This document shows, piece after piece, positions 39,073 through 49,040 of a stretch of 64,000 nucleotides of DNA (positions are counted from its first letter, which is position 1; every line of letters begins with the position of its first letter). Position numbers and translations under genes: made by a program. The notes under the pieces were generated by a model. The model did no database searches, was not told the DNA's origin, and saw only the letters and a list, made by a program, of their open reading frames with translations. This stretch comes from Spirochaetaceae bacterium. GTDB taxonomy: Bacteria; Spirochaetota; Spirochaetia; DSM-27196; PXBQ01. Location of the stretch: contig REEC01000117.1 of the NCBI GenBank assembly GCA_007695285.1, forward strand, positions 17,431 to 81,430, in the 5' to 3' direction.

Positions 39073-40157
39073 CGACCGGCTCCCGCATTTTTCGCTTTCT
39101 CTTGCTCACGACGCTTCGCGGCGCCTTGAAGCGCCTTGACCTCGTGGTACGAAGGGGTCTCGCGTACCGCGTCGCTGTACAGGTAACATCTCACGGTATG
39201 CCCCGCCTCGACCTCGACGAGCCCCGGTTCGGCGTCCCAACACTTTTTCATGACCTTCGGGCACCGCGGCGCAAATCGACACCCGGTCGGGAAGTTCCGA
39301 TGGTCCGGAAGCGCCCCCGGGATAGTCTTTAGCAGTCTCCGAGAGCCGTCGGCTGCACGCTTTACCTCACCGAGAACCGGCACGGAGCCGAGCAGCCCTT
39401 GCGTGTACGGATGAAGCGGTTTCCCGAAGATTTTGTGGACGTCGGTCGACTCGACCGCGACGCCCGCGTACATCACCATCACGCGGTCCGAGAAACTCGC
39501 GATAACCGCGAGGTCGTGCGTGATGAACATGATCGACGTGTTGCGGCGCTCCTTTAACTCGCGCATGAGCCGGAGGATTTGCGCCTGAATCGTCACGTCG
39601 AGCGCGGTGGTCGGTTCGTCGGCGATCAAGAGCGACGGGTCGCACGCCATCGCCATCGCGATCATCACCCGCTGCCGAAGCCCTCCCGAGAGCTGGAATG
39701 GGTACTCCTTGACGCGCTCTTCGGGATCGGAGATACCGACGGTCTTGAGCAGTCGCGCGCTCTCGACGAGGGCGTCGTCCTTCGACATATCCTTATGCAG
39801 CATCAGACCCTCGGAGATCTGGTACCCGATCGTAAAGACCGGATTGAGCGACGTCATCGGTTCCTGAAAGATCATCGAGATCCGGTTGCCCCGGATCCTT
39901 CGCATCTCGGCTTCCGGGATCTTCAGGATATCGTTTCCGTCGAGCAGCACCTTACCGCCCTCGATCTTGCCGGGAGGGTTCGGTACGAGCCGCATGATCG
40001 ACATCGACGTCTGTGACTTTCCGCAACCCGATTCACCGACGATTCCGAGCGTCTCGCCGGCCGATATCGAAAAATCCACGCCGTCGACGGCGCGAACGAC
40101 GTAGCCGTGCATGTGGAAATACGTCCGAAGGTCTTTCACTTCGAGCAGTTTATCCAT
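39069..40157 (-). CDS. oppD: oligopeptide ABC transporter ATP-binding subunit
   Basis: 'GESGCGKS', '[10 protein letters not shown]', 'LSGG.RQR', 'DEPTTALD', 'HPYT', 'GCRFAPRC'. Confidence 0.94.
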   Translation of the reverse strand: MDKLLEVKDLRTYFHMHGYVVRAVDGVDFSISAGETLGIVGESGCGKSQTSMSIMRLVPNPPGKIEGGKVLLDGNDILKIPEAEMRRIRGNRISMIFQEPMTSLNPVFTIGYQISEGLMLHKDMSKDDALVESARLLKTVGISDPEERVKEYPFQLSGGLRQRVMIAMAMACDPSLLIADEPTTALDVTIQAQILRLMRELKERRNTSIMFITHDLAVIASFSDRVMVMYAGVAVESTDVHKIFGKPLHPYTQGLLGSVPVLGEVKRAADGSRRLLKTIPGALPDHRNFPTGCRFAPRCPKVMKKCWDAEPGLVEVEAGHTVRCYLYSDAVRETPSYHEVKALQGAAKRREQEKAKNAGAGR

Positions 40158-40192
40158 GAGTCTTCCTCATTTCCGGACTCACTTCCGGCTTC

Positions 40193-41674
40193 TCAATGTT
40201 TGCTACGCGGGTCAACGGAGTCCCGGATTCCGTCGCCGAAGAAGTTCCACGCCAGGATCGCAAGGAAGATCATGAATCCCGGGACCAGGATCCACGGGAA
40301 GTCACGAACGACGCGGTACTGGCGGGCGACCGAAAGCATCAAGCCCCAACTCGACTGCGGTTCCGAGATCCCGAGCCCGAGCACGCTCAAAGCCGACTCG
40401 CCGAGGATGAAACTCGGGATCGTGAGCGTCAGCTGCACGATCACGAACGACATCGTGTTCGGCAGGACGTGCTTCCGGATAATCTTCCAGTGCGAAAGCC
40501 CGAGCGTCCGAGCCGCGAGCACAAAATCCTCGGTCTTGATCGAGAGCACCATTCCGCGGATGATACGAGCGAGCGAAGCCCACCCGACGAGCGACAATAT
40601 GATCACGATAAGCAGATACACTTGGACCGACGTCAGGTTCGGCGGGAACGCTGCGCGCAGAGCGAGAAGCAAGTAGAACGACGGAAACGCGATCACGATC
40701 TCCGACATACGCATCAAGGCGTTGTCGACACGCCCTCCCGCGTAGCCCGCGATTCCGCCGATGATCAAGCCGATCACAAACGTGATCGCGGCGCCGAGCA
40801 ACCCGACCGAGAGAGACAGCCGTGCTCCGTGCAGCAGACGCGACAGAATATCGCGCCCGAGATGGTCGGTCCCGAACGGGAAGAACCCGCCGGTCGGGGC
40901 GACGACGAGTCTCCGGTGGCCGTCAAACAACCCGAGGAAACTGTACACGACGCCTTTCCCGAAAAACTCGAGGAAGTTCTTGTTGCCCTTGACGAGGTAC
41001 ATCTCGAGTTCGGTCTCGACGTCTCCGACGACACGCGAACCGAGCCTGAAGCGATGCACGGCATCCGGGTCGGGGTCGGCCTCGAGCCGGTCGATCGCTG
41101 CCGCGAGTCCGTCCATCATCGGATCGCTAATCGGCACGCGATAATGCCGCGCGACCTCGGTCATCAGGTGCGTCCGACGGACCGCAGGGTCACGGTCGTA
41201 CGAGATCGCGCGCAGCTCGTTCGCCAGCATTCTGGTCTCGATCGTGATCGCGCGAATCGTGCGCTCAGGCAGTATGCCGTACTCCCGGAACGCGATGTTC
41301 GTGATCGTCTGCTCGTACACAAACGGCCGGAATGTCCGACTCCCGTCCGGACGCGTATACATCCACGTGATACGCGTCGGCGAGTGATACGGCTTCCGCG
41401 AGTTCATCCACGTCATCGTAAACGGAGAGAGAACGTCGGCGAACAACGCCGCGAGGTACATCGCCGCGAGCAGCCCGAGCCCGACCTTTCCGAGTGTATG
41501 CTTCCGGAAGCGCCGCACGTACACCGACCACATCGAGACCGACTTGTCCCCGATTCCCTCACGTGCGCTCGTGTCGTGTATCTGCGGATCCGGTCCAAGA
41601 TCGGTCGCGTTATCGTCCACCGGGAGTCCGGTTGGGCCGTCTTGATCGTATCCGGCGCCGGTCAAATCGCTCAT
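40193..41674 (-). CDS. oppC: oligopeptide ABC transporter permease C (large extracytoplasmic insertion)
   Basis: 'RRFRKH..G..GL', 'GTD.LGRD..SR...G.R.SL', EAA loop 'DFVLAARTLG', 'E..LS.LGLG', 'GDG.RD..DP'. Confidence 0.9.
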   Translation of the reverse strand: MSDLTGAGYDQDGPTGLPVDDNATDLGPDPQIHDTSAREGIGDKSVSMWSVYVRRFRKHTLGKVGLGLLAAMYLAALFADVLSPFTMTWMNSRKPYHSPTRITWMYTRPDGSRTFRPFVYEQTITNIAFREYGILPERTIRAITIETRMLANELRAISYDRDPAVRRTHLMTEVARHYRVPISDPMMDGLAAAIDRLEADPDPDAVHRFRLGSRVVGDVETELEMYLVKGNKNFLEFFGKGVVYSFLGLFDGHRRLVVAPTGGFFPFGTDHLGRDILSRLLHGARLSLSVGLLGAAITFVIGLIIGGIAGYAGGRVDNALMRMSEIVIAFPSFYLLLALRAAFPPNLTSVQVYLLIVIILSLVGWASLARIIRGMVLSIKTEDFVLAARTLGLSHWKIIRKHVLPNTMSFVIVQLTLTIPSFILGESALSVLGLGISEPQSSWGLMLSVARQYRVVRDFPWILVPGFMIFLAILAWNFFGDGIRDSVDPRSKH

Positions 41675-42792
41675 CACCCTACCCTCACTCTCGGGTCTAC
41701 AATCGCAAGAAGAATATCTGCTATCAGGTTCCCGATCACGAGCAGCACGACGCCGTACACCAGGCTGCCGACGACAAGGTACACGTCCTGAGTCAGAAGC
41801 GCCTGGAGGATCAATCGTCCAAGCCCCGGCCACGCGAGCACGTTCTCGACGAGAGCCGACCCCGACATCACGAACCCGAGCTGGAAGCCGAGGATCGTGA
41901 TCATCGGGTTGATCGCGTTTCTGAGCGCGTGCCGGTATACGACTTTGTTCTCGGTCTGCCCTTTTGCGCGCGCGGTGACGATGTACTGCTGATTCAGGAT
42001 ATCGATCATGTTCGCGCGCATGATCCGCGTCAGCGACGCCATCGCCGACGTTCCGAGCACGATCACCGGGATGAACATATGCCGCGCGATATCGAAAATT
42101 CTTCCGCCGAAACTCATGAGGCCGTGATCGGTACTGGTCATTCCACCGATCGGAAACGGCAGTCTGTACGTCGAGACGACGTATAAAAACAAAAACGCCA
42201 GAAAGAAGTTCGGTATCGCGAGACCGATGAAAGCAAGAAATGAGAGAAATTGGTCCGAAAATTTATACTGGTTCGTCGCGGCGATCACGCCGACGGGTAT
42301 GCTGAAACCCCACGCGAGAACAAGAGCGGTCAGCGAAAGCAGCACCGTTGCCGCGGCGCGCTGCTGCACCAGGACAAAAACAGGCGCTTTCATCGTCTGA
42401 GAAAACCCAAAATCGCCGCGCACGGCGTTCCAGATGTACCGAAAGAACTGGACGTACCACGCTTGATCGAGACCGAAGTCGCGTCGGAACTGCTCGAGAT
42501 CCGCGGGTCTGATGTTCGGATCCATCGCCATCTGCGAAAAAATATCACCCGGCGCCAACTGAATCAGAAAAAAACCGATCGCGACAACCGAGAGCAGGAT
42601 CGGGATCATATGGACAAGCCTGCGAAGGATGAAACGCAACATCGCGGGGCTGATCCATACGAGCCGAACCATCCACATGACGGCTTCGGTCAAGAGTAAC
42701 GAAAGAAACCACCCGATACCGACAAGAAACGTGAGTGCGGCAAAAACGCCCACGTCGACGGCGAAGGTCACTTTCCAGTTGATTCTGCTCAC
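41674..42792 (-). CDS. oppB: oligopeptide ABC transporter permease B (N-terminal extension)
   Basis: 'FILRRL...P', 'APGD', 'GLD', 'GDFG.S', EAA loop 'YIVTARAKG', 'HALRNA', 'WPGLG', 'DPR'; start uncertain (42792-42825). Confidence 0.9.
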   Translation of the reverse strand: MSRINWKVTFAVDVGVFAALTFLVGIGWFLSLLLTEAVMWMVRLVWISPAMLRFILRRLVHMIPILLSVVAIGFFLIQLAPGDIFSQMAMDPNIRPADLEQFRRDFGLDQAWYVQFFRYIWNAVRGDFGFSQTMKAPVFVLVQQRAAATVLLSLTALVLAWGFSIPVGVIAATNQYKFSDQFLSFLAFIGLAIPNFFLAFLFLYVVSTYRLPFPIGGMTSTDHGLMSFGGRIFDIARHMFIPVIVLGTSAMASLTRIMRANMIDILNQQYIVTARAKGQTENKVVYRHALRNAINPMITILGFQLGFVMSGSALVENVLAWPGLGRLILQALLTQDVYLVVGSLVYGVVLLVIGNLIADILLAIVDPRVRVG

Positions 42793-42853
42793 TCGTACTT
42801 TTCCTTGCTGACGGGAATCCACCAACGTCGGTCGCCGGCGGTTTAATGGAAGC

Positions 42854-42882
42854 GGTGCGCCGCCCGAACCGGGCGACGCACC
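42854..42882 (-). terminator. strong GC stem-loop between oppA and oppB (mRNA stabiliser or partial terminator)
   Basis: Minus strand GGTGCGTCGCCC-GGTTC-GGGCGGCGCACC, 12-bp stem, no clear U-tract; next to a 12-bp direct repeat GTCGTACCGTAC (42890-42901, 42904-42915). Confidence 0.65.
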
Positions 42883-42923
42883 ATCTGCCGTCGTACCGTA
42901 CTAGTCGTACCGTACGAGTACGG

Positions 42924-44717
42924 TTAGTTTCTGCGGTAGACGCGCGAGATGATTCCGTCCCAGCTCAACCCGTCGACCGGGTGCGGATAGATGTTACCCC
43001 ACTCCGTCTTGTACGCGTGCATGACCGCCGGGTTGAACGTAAACACCCATGGCACCTCTTCGATCCAGATCTCCTGAATCCCGCGGAAGCCACGGACGCG
43101 TTGGTCTTCGTCGGTCGTGAGGTTTGCGTAGTCCCACAACCGGTCGACCTCGGCCTCCCACTCCCGGCGTGGGCTTTCCTGGCTCGGTTCGATCATGTGT
43201 AAGTTGCCACTCGACGGGTACACGTTCGAGCCCGTTATCGGGTCGACCGAACCGGTCAGGCCGATCAGGATCATGTCCCAGTCGAACGTCGAGGTGAGTT
43301 TCCCGACGAGCACGTTGAAGTCGATCGCGCGGTTGATGACCTCGACGCCGATCGCCTGCGCTTCCTGCGCGAACAGTTGCGCGATCGATTCACGCGTGGT
43401 GTTGCCCGCGTTCGTCTCGAGCACGAGCGAAATCTTGTTACCGTCGGGGTCCTGCCGCCAGCCGTCGCCGTTCCGGTCGATATACCCGATCGAGTCGAGC
43501 ATCTCGGCCGCGGTGCCGGGATCGTACGGGAACGCGGCGTTAGGCGCCTCTTGCCAGTAGTACGGCGAGAACGTCGGGACAAACGAGAACTGCGGGTACC
43601 CAAATCCAAACGCGATGTTGTCGATAATCGTCTGCCGATCGACAAGATGCGCCATCGCCTGACGGAACGTCTTGTTCGAGAGCCACGTCAACTTCGGAGG
43701 ATCGATTCCGTTCGGATTCTGGTTGAACGTGATGAACTGCGACGACGCCGCGGGTCCGACGCTGAACATCTCAAACCCGATGTCGTCTTTCCGGTCGACG
43801 AGCACCGCGTAGTCTTCACCACGCAGACCGTAAAAGTCGAGGCCGCCGCCGAGGAAGCGCTGGAGTTGCGCGTCCTGATCCGGGATGATCTGGAAAATCA
43901 GCTCATCGAGGTACGGAAGCTGCGTTCCCCACTCGTCGCGCTCGTAGTAGTGCGGATTCGGGATCAGCCGGACGCGCTGGCTCGGGACGTACTCGGCGAT
44001 CTTGAACGGGCCGTTCCCGACAACCTGCGTCACGTCGGTGTCGACGCCCCAGAACGAGTTGACCGCCGCGGCGCCGCCTTCCTCGAGCACCGGCCCGAAG
44101 ATGTGCATCGGAAGAGGGGTACGGCTCGATAGAGTGTGAATACCCGCATAAACACTCGGAAGCGTGATCCGGAACCGGCGGTCGTCGATCACTTCCCAGA
44201 CCGAAGGCTCGCCGCCGACAAAGAGGCCCGACCGTTGGTTCGTCTGCACGTCGGTGTTGTAGTAAATCTCGTTGACCGCATCGACGAAGTCGCTCGAAGT
44301 CAACGGCTGGCCGTCCGACCAGCGCAGGTTCGGCCGAAGCGTGTACGTCACGGTTTTTTGATCGTCGCTAATCGTGTAGCTCTCGGCGAGATGTGGTTCC
44401 CACTCGAGCGTGTGCTGGTTGCGCCTCATCGCGTACGAGTACAACCGGCTTGTAATGTCGGTCGTCGACGTCTCGGCCGCGACAACCGTACTGAACGTCC
44501 GTGGATCGCTCAAACTCGACATCACGAACGTGCCGCCGCGTGTACCACGTTCCCAGCCTTGTGAGTGGTCGATCGGCATGACTCCCGGGAACGTCACCTC
44601 ACCGGGCTGCGCGGCATCGTCGATGACGCGCGGAGCTTCCTTCGCACCACCCGCAAAAACGAGCGATGCGGAGAGGATGAGCACCAGGAAAACGGACAAT
44701 AGGATTCGTTTTCTCAT
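42924..44717 (-). CDS. oppA: peptide/nickel family (cluster C, SBP family 5) substrate-binding protein
   Basis: SD AAGGAG; signal 'LVFA-GGAKE'; 'P.LAESY..S.D..T.T..LR....WSDG.P.T..D', 'GNGPF', 'NPHYY', 'FRQA'. Confidence 0.92.
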   Translation of the reverse strand: MRKRILLSVFLVLILSASLVFAGGAKEAPRVIDDAAQPGEVTFPGVMPIDHSQGWERGTRGGTFVMSSLSDPRTFSTVVAAETSTTDITSRLYSYAMRRNQHTLEWEPHLAESYTISDDQKTVTYTLRPNLRWSDGQPLTSSDFVDAVNEIYYNTDVQTNQRSGLFVGGEPSVWEVIDDRRFRITLPSVYAGIHTLSSRTPLPMHIFGPVLEEGGAAAVNSFWGVDTDVTQVVGNGPFKIAEYVPSQRVRLIPNPHYYERDEWGTQLPYLDELIFQIIPDQDAQLQRFLGGGLDFYGLRGEDYAVLVDRKDDIGFEMFSVGPAASSQFITFNQNPNGIDPPKLTWLSNKTFRQAMAHLVDRQTIIDNIAFGFGYPQFSFVPTFSPYYWQEAPNAAFPYDPGTAAEMLDSIGYIDRNGDGWRQDPDGNKISLVLETNAGNTTRESIAQLFAQEAQAIGVEVINRAIDFNVLVGKLTSTFDWDMILIGLTGSVDPITGSNVYPSSGNLHMIEPSQESPRREWEAEVDRLWDYANLTTDEDQRVRGFRGIQEIWIEEVPWVFTFNPAVMHAYKTEWGNIYPHPVDGLSWDGIISRVYRRN

Positions 44718-44749
44718 CAGATATCTCCTTTCAAACTATACATGGCTCC

Positions 44750-44791
44750 AGCCTAACACGGTGATACCGGATGTGACAATACTTTTTTTTT
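44750..44791 (-). promoter_or_regulatory. sigma70 promoter of the opp operon with an A-tract UP element
   Basis: Minus strand A9 tract, TTGTCA, 18-nt spacer, TGt-TAGGCT. Confidence 0.45.
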
Positions 44792-44878
44792 CGTTCGGGC
44801 TGTTGTTCTTTCGGCAAGGAATGTTCCTACATCAACGTAGGCCCAAATCGATAAAACGACATGAAGATATTGAACCGG

Positions 44879-44928
44879 AAAAAAAGAGGGAACCGACAGC
44901 GTGAATGCGTCGATTCCCCTTTTCTTTT
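44879..44928 (-). terminator. intrinsic terminator of the hydrogenase operon (bidirectional shape)
   Basis: Stem GGGGAATCGAC...GTCGGTTCCCTC followed by a T-run on the minus strand; A/T runs on both sides. Confidence 0.8.
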
Positions 44929-44972
44929 GTCTCGAGTTTCAACCGGGGCCGAAGCACCGGTACGCGGCGGTG

Positions 44973-46745
44973 TTACCGCTGGTAGATCGGGCGCGCGGTA
45001 TACGACGTATGCAGGTACTTGTGCGACACCTCGCTCAACGGTCCCTGCAGGAACTCGTCGTACAATGCTTTCACGGCGGGGTTGTGGTGCGAGCACCGCA
45101 GCTTCGACGTATCGTCGTCGGCGTAGATACCTTTGATCCTCTTCCGGCGGATCTCGTCTGTCGCGCCGTACGGTTGGCCGCCGCCGCCGATGCAGCCGCC
45201 ACGGCACGCCATTACTTCGATGAAGTGATACGGGAGCGGATCGCCGTTCTTCTCGGCCTCTTTGACTTTGTTCAATACCGTTTCGACGTTACAGATCGAG
45301 TGAGCGACCGCGACGCGGACTTCGGTACCCTGTATATCGATCGCCGCTTCCTTGACGCCTTCGAGTCCGCGCACCGCGGTAAACTCGATTTTATCCGCGT
45401 CGGCGCCGGTGACAAGGTAGTACGCGGTGCGGAGCGCGGCCTCCATTACGCCGCCGGACGCGCCAAAAATCGTGCCGGCACCGGTGTAGATCCCGAGCGC
45501 GGGGTCGGCTTCCTCATCGTCCAGGCTCAAAAAGTCGATTCCCGCCGACTTGATCATGCGCGCGAGTTCACGGCTCGTGATCGAAACGTCGATGTCTTGC
45601 GTCCCCGACGAGAACATCTCTTTCGCGCGCGAGATCTCGTACTTCTTCGACGTGCACGGCATGACCGAGACGTGGAAGATGTCTTTGGCGTCGATGCCTT
45701 TCTTCTGCGCGTAAAACGTGTTGACGAGCGCACCGAGCATCATCTGCGGCGACTTCGCGGTCGAAAAGTTCGGAATCATCTCCGAGTAGTACTTCTCCAT
45801 GAAGTCGACCCAGGAAGGACAACACGACGTGATCAACGGCAACGGACCTTTCTTATGCACAAACCGCTCGAGAAACTCACTGCCCTCTTCCATAATCGTC
45901 AGGTCGGCGGCAAAGTTTGTGTCGAATACGGTCTCGAAGCCGAGTCGCCGGAGCGCCGCGTAGATCTTCCCGGTCACGACCGTGCCGGGGTCGAGTCCAA
46001 ACGCCTCTCCGAGCGCGACGCGGACCGCGGGCGCGATCTGCACGACGCAGTGTTTTGTCGGGTCGCGAAGCGCGTCGAGCACCTTCCTGGTCTCGTCGTT
46101 CTCAAAGATCGCTCCGACCGGGCAGTGCGCCGAACACTGGCCACACTTGATACACGGGCTATCGTTCAAAAGGATGTCGCCCGCCGGAGCCATCCGCGTC
46201 TGATCACCACGCCCGATGAACTCGAGCGCCCAGACGTCCTGCATTTCTTGGCACACCTTGACGCACCGACCGCACGCGACACATTTCTCGGGGTTCAAGA
46301 CGATCGACGGCGTCGAGGTGTCCTCGGGCAACTCGCGGACTTTCTGCTCAAACGACACCTCACGGATCCCGAAGTCCGCCGCGAGCGTCTGCAGCTCGCA
46401 GTTTCCGTTGCGCGCACACCGCAAACAGTCGTTTGGGTGCGTCGAGAGGATCATTTGGATCACGGTTCGGCGGATCCCGTGCAGCTCCGAGTCGTGCGTG
46501 ATGACCTTCATCCCATCGGTCACGTTTGTCGCGCACGCGCGCAGCATTTTCGGTGACCCTTCTATTTTTACGACGCAGATTCCACACGCGGCCCACGCGG
46601 GGAGATCGGGATGGTAACACAAAACGGGAATCTTCACGCCGGCCTCGATCGCCGCCTTCTTGATCGATGTCCCTTCCGGGACGGTAACAGGTATTCCGTT
46701 TATCTCACACGTGACGGTCTTGACTTCCAAAGCTACGGTACTCAT
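44973..46745 (-). CDS. hydA: [FeFe]-hydrogenase catalytic subunit (group A, HydA/HndD)
   Basis: H-cluster motifs P1 TSCCPSW, P2 MPCTSKKYE, P3 EVMACRGGCIGGGGQP; N-terminal 2Fe-2S, His-ligated 4Fe-4S (HPNDCLRC..NGNC) and 2x4Fe-4S. Confidence 0.97.
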   Translation of the reverse strand: MSTVALEVKTVTCEINGIPVTVPEGTSIKKAAIEAGVKIPVLCYHPDLPAWAACGICVVKIEGSPKMLRACATNVTDGMKVITHDSELHGIRRTVIQMILSTHPNDCLRCARNGNCELQTLAADFGIREVSFEQKVRELPEDTSTPSIVLNPEKCVACGRCVKVCQEMQDVWALEFIGRGDQTRMAPAGDILLNDSPCIKCGQCSAHCPVGAIFENDETRKVLDALRDPTKHCVVQIAPAVRVALGEAFGLDPGTVVTGKIYAALRRLGFETVFDTNFAADLTIMEEGSEFLERFVHKKGPLPLITSCCPSWVDFMEKYYSEMIPNFSTAKSPQMMLGALVNTFYAQKKGIDAKDIFHVSVMPCTSKKYEISRAKEMFSSGTQDIDVSITSRELARMIKSAGIDFLSLDDEEADPALGIYTGAGTIFGASGGVMEAALRTAYYLVTGADADKIEFTAVRGLEGVKEAAIDIQGTEVRVAVAHSICNVETVLNKVKEAEKNGDPLPYHFIEVMACRGGCIGGGGQPYGATDEIRRKRIKGIYADDDTSKLRCSHHNPAVKALYDEFLQGPLSEVSHKYLHTSYTARPIYQR

Positions 46746-46762
46746 TTATTGGCTCCTCACGC

Positions 46763-48550
46763 CTATCGCCGTTCGACGGCGCCGAATTTACACACCGAGT
46801 AACACTCGCCGCACTTGATGCACTTGGGTTGATCTATCACGTGCGGTTGACGACGTTCGCCCGCGATGCAGTTGACGGGACAGTTGCGCGCGCAGAGCGT
46901 ACATCCGATACATTTGTCCGGCAGAATGAAGAACGTAAGAAGATCCTTACACTTCCCCGCGGGACACTGCTTATCGTCGATGTGCGCCATGTACTCGTCC
47001 TTGAAGTACCGCAACGTCGAGAGAATCGGGTTCGGTGCGGTTTGTCCGAGCCCGCAGAGCGATGCCTTCTGCATCGCGAAACCGATCTCCTCCATTTTTG
47101 TGATGTCTTCTACCGTTCCGTTTCCGCGCGAGATCTTGTCCAGAATCGTGTGCAGCTTCCGTCCGCCGATTCGACACGGAGCGCACTTCCCGCACGACTC
47201 CTCGACGGTGAACTCGAGGTAGAACTTCGCGACGTCGACCATGCAGTCGTCTTCGTCCATCACGATCATACCACCCGAACCCATGATCGAACCGAGCTCA
47301 CGAAGATGCTCGAAGTCGATCGCCACATCGATGTACTCAGCGGTAATGACACCACCGGACGGGCCACCGGTCTGAACACCTTTGAACGCCTTTCCGTCGG
47401 GAATCCCGCCTCCGATGTTGTAAATAATGTCGCGGAGGGGAGTACCCATCGGAACCTCGACGAGACCGGAGTTGTTGATCTTTCCGGTCAGCGCGAATAC
47501 TTTTGTGCCCTTCGACTTGTCGGTTCCGATCTTCCCGAACCACTCGCCGCCACGCGTAATGATCACCGGCACGTTTGCCCACGTCTCGACGTTGTTGATT
47601 ACGGTCGGCTTATTCCAGAGCCCTTTCTCCGAGGGGAACGGCGGCCGTGGTTTCGGCATTCCGCGTTCGCCTTCGATCGACGCGAGCAGCGCGGTCTCTT
47701 CGCCGCACACAAACGCGCCCGCACCGAGTCGAATCTCGATATCGAACGAGAACTCGGTACCGAGGATGTTGTCGCCGAGAAGCCCAAGCTCTTTTGCCTG
47801 CTTGATCGCGGTCTCGAGCCGGCCGATCGCCAGAGGGTACTCGGCACGAATATAAATGAAGCCATGGTCGGATCCGATCGTGTAGCCCGCGATCGCCATC
47901 GCCTCGAGAACCGAGTGCGGATCACCCTCGAGGATACTCCGGTCCATATACGCACCGGGGTCGCCCTCGTCGGCGTTGCACACGACGTACTTCTTGTCAC
48001 CGGGAACTTTGCGCGTCGCGTCCCACTTCAGGTGCGTCGGGTATCCTGCACCGCCGCGGCCGCGCAGCCCGGACGTTTTGAGCTCCGCGATCACGTCCTC
48101 GGGCGACATCTCGAACAAGACTTTTTCGAGCGCCGCGTACCCGTCACGCGCGATATACTCCTCGATGTTCTCCGGGTCGATCGAGCCGCAATTCCGCAAC
48201 ACGACGCGGACCTGCTTCTGGTAGAACTGAATGTCGTCGATCCGCGCGTGCTCTTTACTCTCCGCGGACTTGTACAGAAGCCTCTCGACCGGACGTCCCT
48301 TGATAATGTGCTCACGGATCAACTCGGACGCGTCGTCGGGCGTCACGTTCACGTAAAACGCTTCTTCGGGAAGGATCTTGACGATCGGCCCTTGTTCGCA
48401 GAACCCGAAACAACCCGTCTTGACTATCTGAACGTCGTCGTGCAGATGGTTATGCTCGGCCTCGTGCACGAGCGCGCGGTAGATCTCCTCGGCTTTGTTG
48501 GACATACACCCGGTTCCGCCGCACACCAGGATAAAATTCTTGAACGCCAT
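46763..48550 (-). CDS. hydB: NuoF-like FMN/NADH subunit (HydB/HndC) of a bifurcating-type hydrogenase
   Basis: 'LRGRGGAG.PT', 'NADEGDPGAYMDR', 'GAGAFVCGEETAL', 'RPPFP', 'GGPSGG', 'ESCGKC.PCR'; N-terminal 2Fe-2S and C-terminal 2x4Fe-4S. Confidence 0.95.
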   Translation of the reverse strand: MAFKNFILVCGGTGCMSNKAEEIYRALVHEAEHNHLHDDVQIVKTGCFGFCEQGPIVKILPEEAFYVNVTPDDASELIREHIIKGRPVERLLYKSAESKEHARIDDIQFYQKQVRVVLRNCGSIDPENIEEYIARDGYAALEKVLFEMSPEDVIAELKTSGLRGRGGAGYPTHLKWDATRKVPGDKKYVVCNADEGDPGAYMDRSILEGDPHSVLEAMAIAGYTIGSDHGFIYIRAEYPLAIGRLETAIKQAKELGLLGDNILGTEFSFDIEIRLGAGAFVCGEETALLASIEGERGMPKPRPPFPSEKGLWNKPTVINNVETWANVPVIITRGGEWFGKIGTDKSKGTKVFALTGKINNSGLVEVPMGTPLRDIIYNIGGGIPDGKAFKGVQTGGPSGGVITAEYIDVAIDFEHLRELGSIMGSGGMIVMDEDDCMVDVAKFYLEFTVEESCGKCAPCRIGGRKLHTILDKISRGNGTVEDITKMEEIGFAMQKASLCGLGQTAPNPILSTLRYFKDEYMAHIDDKQCPAGKCKDLLTFFILPDKCIGCTLCARNCPVNCIAGERRQPHVIDQPKCIKCGECYSVCKFGAVERR

Positions 48551-48593
48551 TCGATTCTCCCATTTCGAACCGTTTGCAGCACGGCCCGGTTGT

Positions 48594-48989
48594 TTATTGT
48601 TTCTCGACGATGTCCGCGGCCGGGCGATCGTAGATGTGCTCGTCGACCAGCGTCTTTCCCAGAATGTGCTCGCGGATGATCCGTCGCGCGATTTCGCCGG
48701 TCACCTTGCCGTAAATCACGTGCGGCATTCCGCCCATCTTCACCTCGACGGTCGGTTCCGCGTGGTCCAACCCGAGGCTTCCGGTCTGCCTCACCGAAAC
48801 GTTCCGCAGGTCGTGCTGTTGCAGCTCGTCGATAAACGCGTCGAGCGTTTGTTTCGCGCCCGCGGCGATTCCGCTGGTACCCATGCCGACGATGATCTGT
48901 ATGTTTTTTGTGTCGGGATCGCGCATGTCGAGGTCACGCCGTTTCGACTCCCGAAGTTTCCTCAAATCATCAAGCGTCATCTTTGCCAT
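48594..48989 (-). CDS. thioredoxin-like ferredoxin-fold subunit (HndB/HydD-like), cysteine-free
   Basis: 'IVGMGT.GIAAGA', 'QTG..G....EP.VEV', 'YG.VT...A.RI..EH'; position between the ATPase gene and hydB. Confidence 0.85.
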   Translation of the reverse strand: MAKMTLDDLRKLRESKRRDLDMRDPDTKNIQIIVGMGTSGIAAGAKQTLDAFIDELQQHDLRNVSVRQTGSLGLDHAEPTVEVKMGGMPHVIYGKVTGEIARRIIREHILGKTLVDEHIYDRPAADIVEKQ

Positions 48990-49040
48990 TTCATCCCCTT
49001 TGCATACATGCGCATGCTCATCGTTCCTGTCGTGTCGTGT

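Noticed and set aside
42890-42924. Short direct repeats as a mini-CRISPR or REP element
   Set aside because: Only two 12-bp copies 2 nt apart, no spacers, no cas genes, and no further copies seen.
46829-48679. Long antisense or alternate-frame ORFs (e.g. 46829-48679 +, 44901-46556 +, 40196-41791 +, 25755-27176 +, 5797-7095 -)
   Set aside because: They lie opposite clearly identified genes, have no recognisable motifs, and are expected from GC-rich codon bias.
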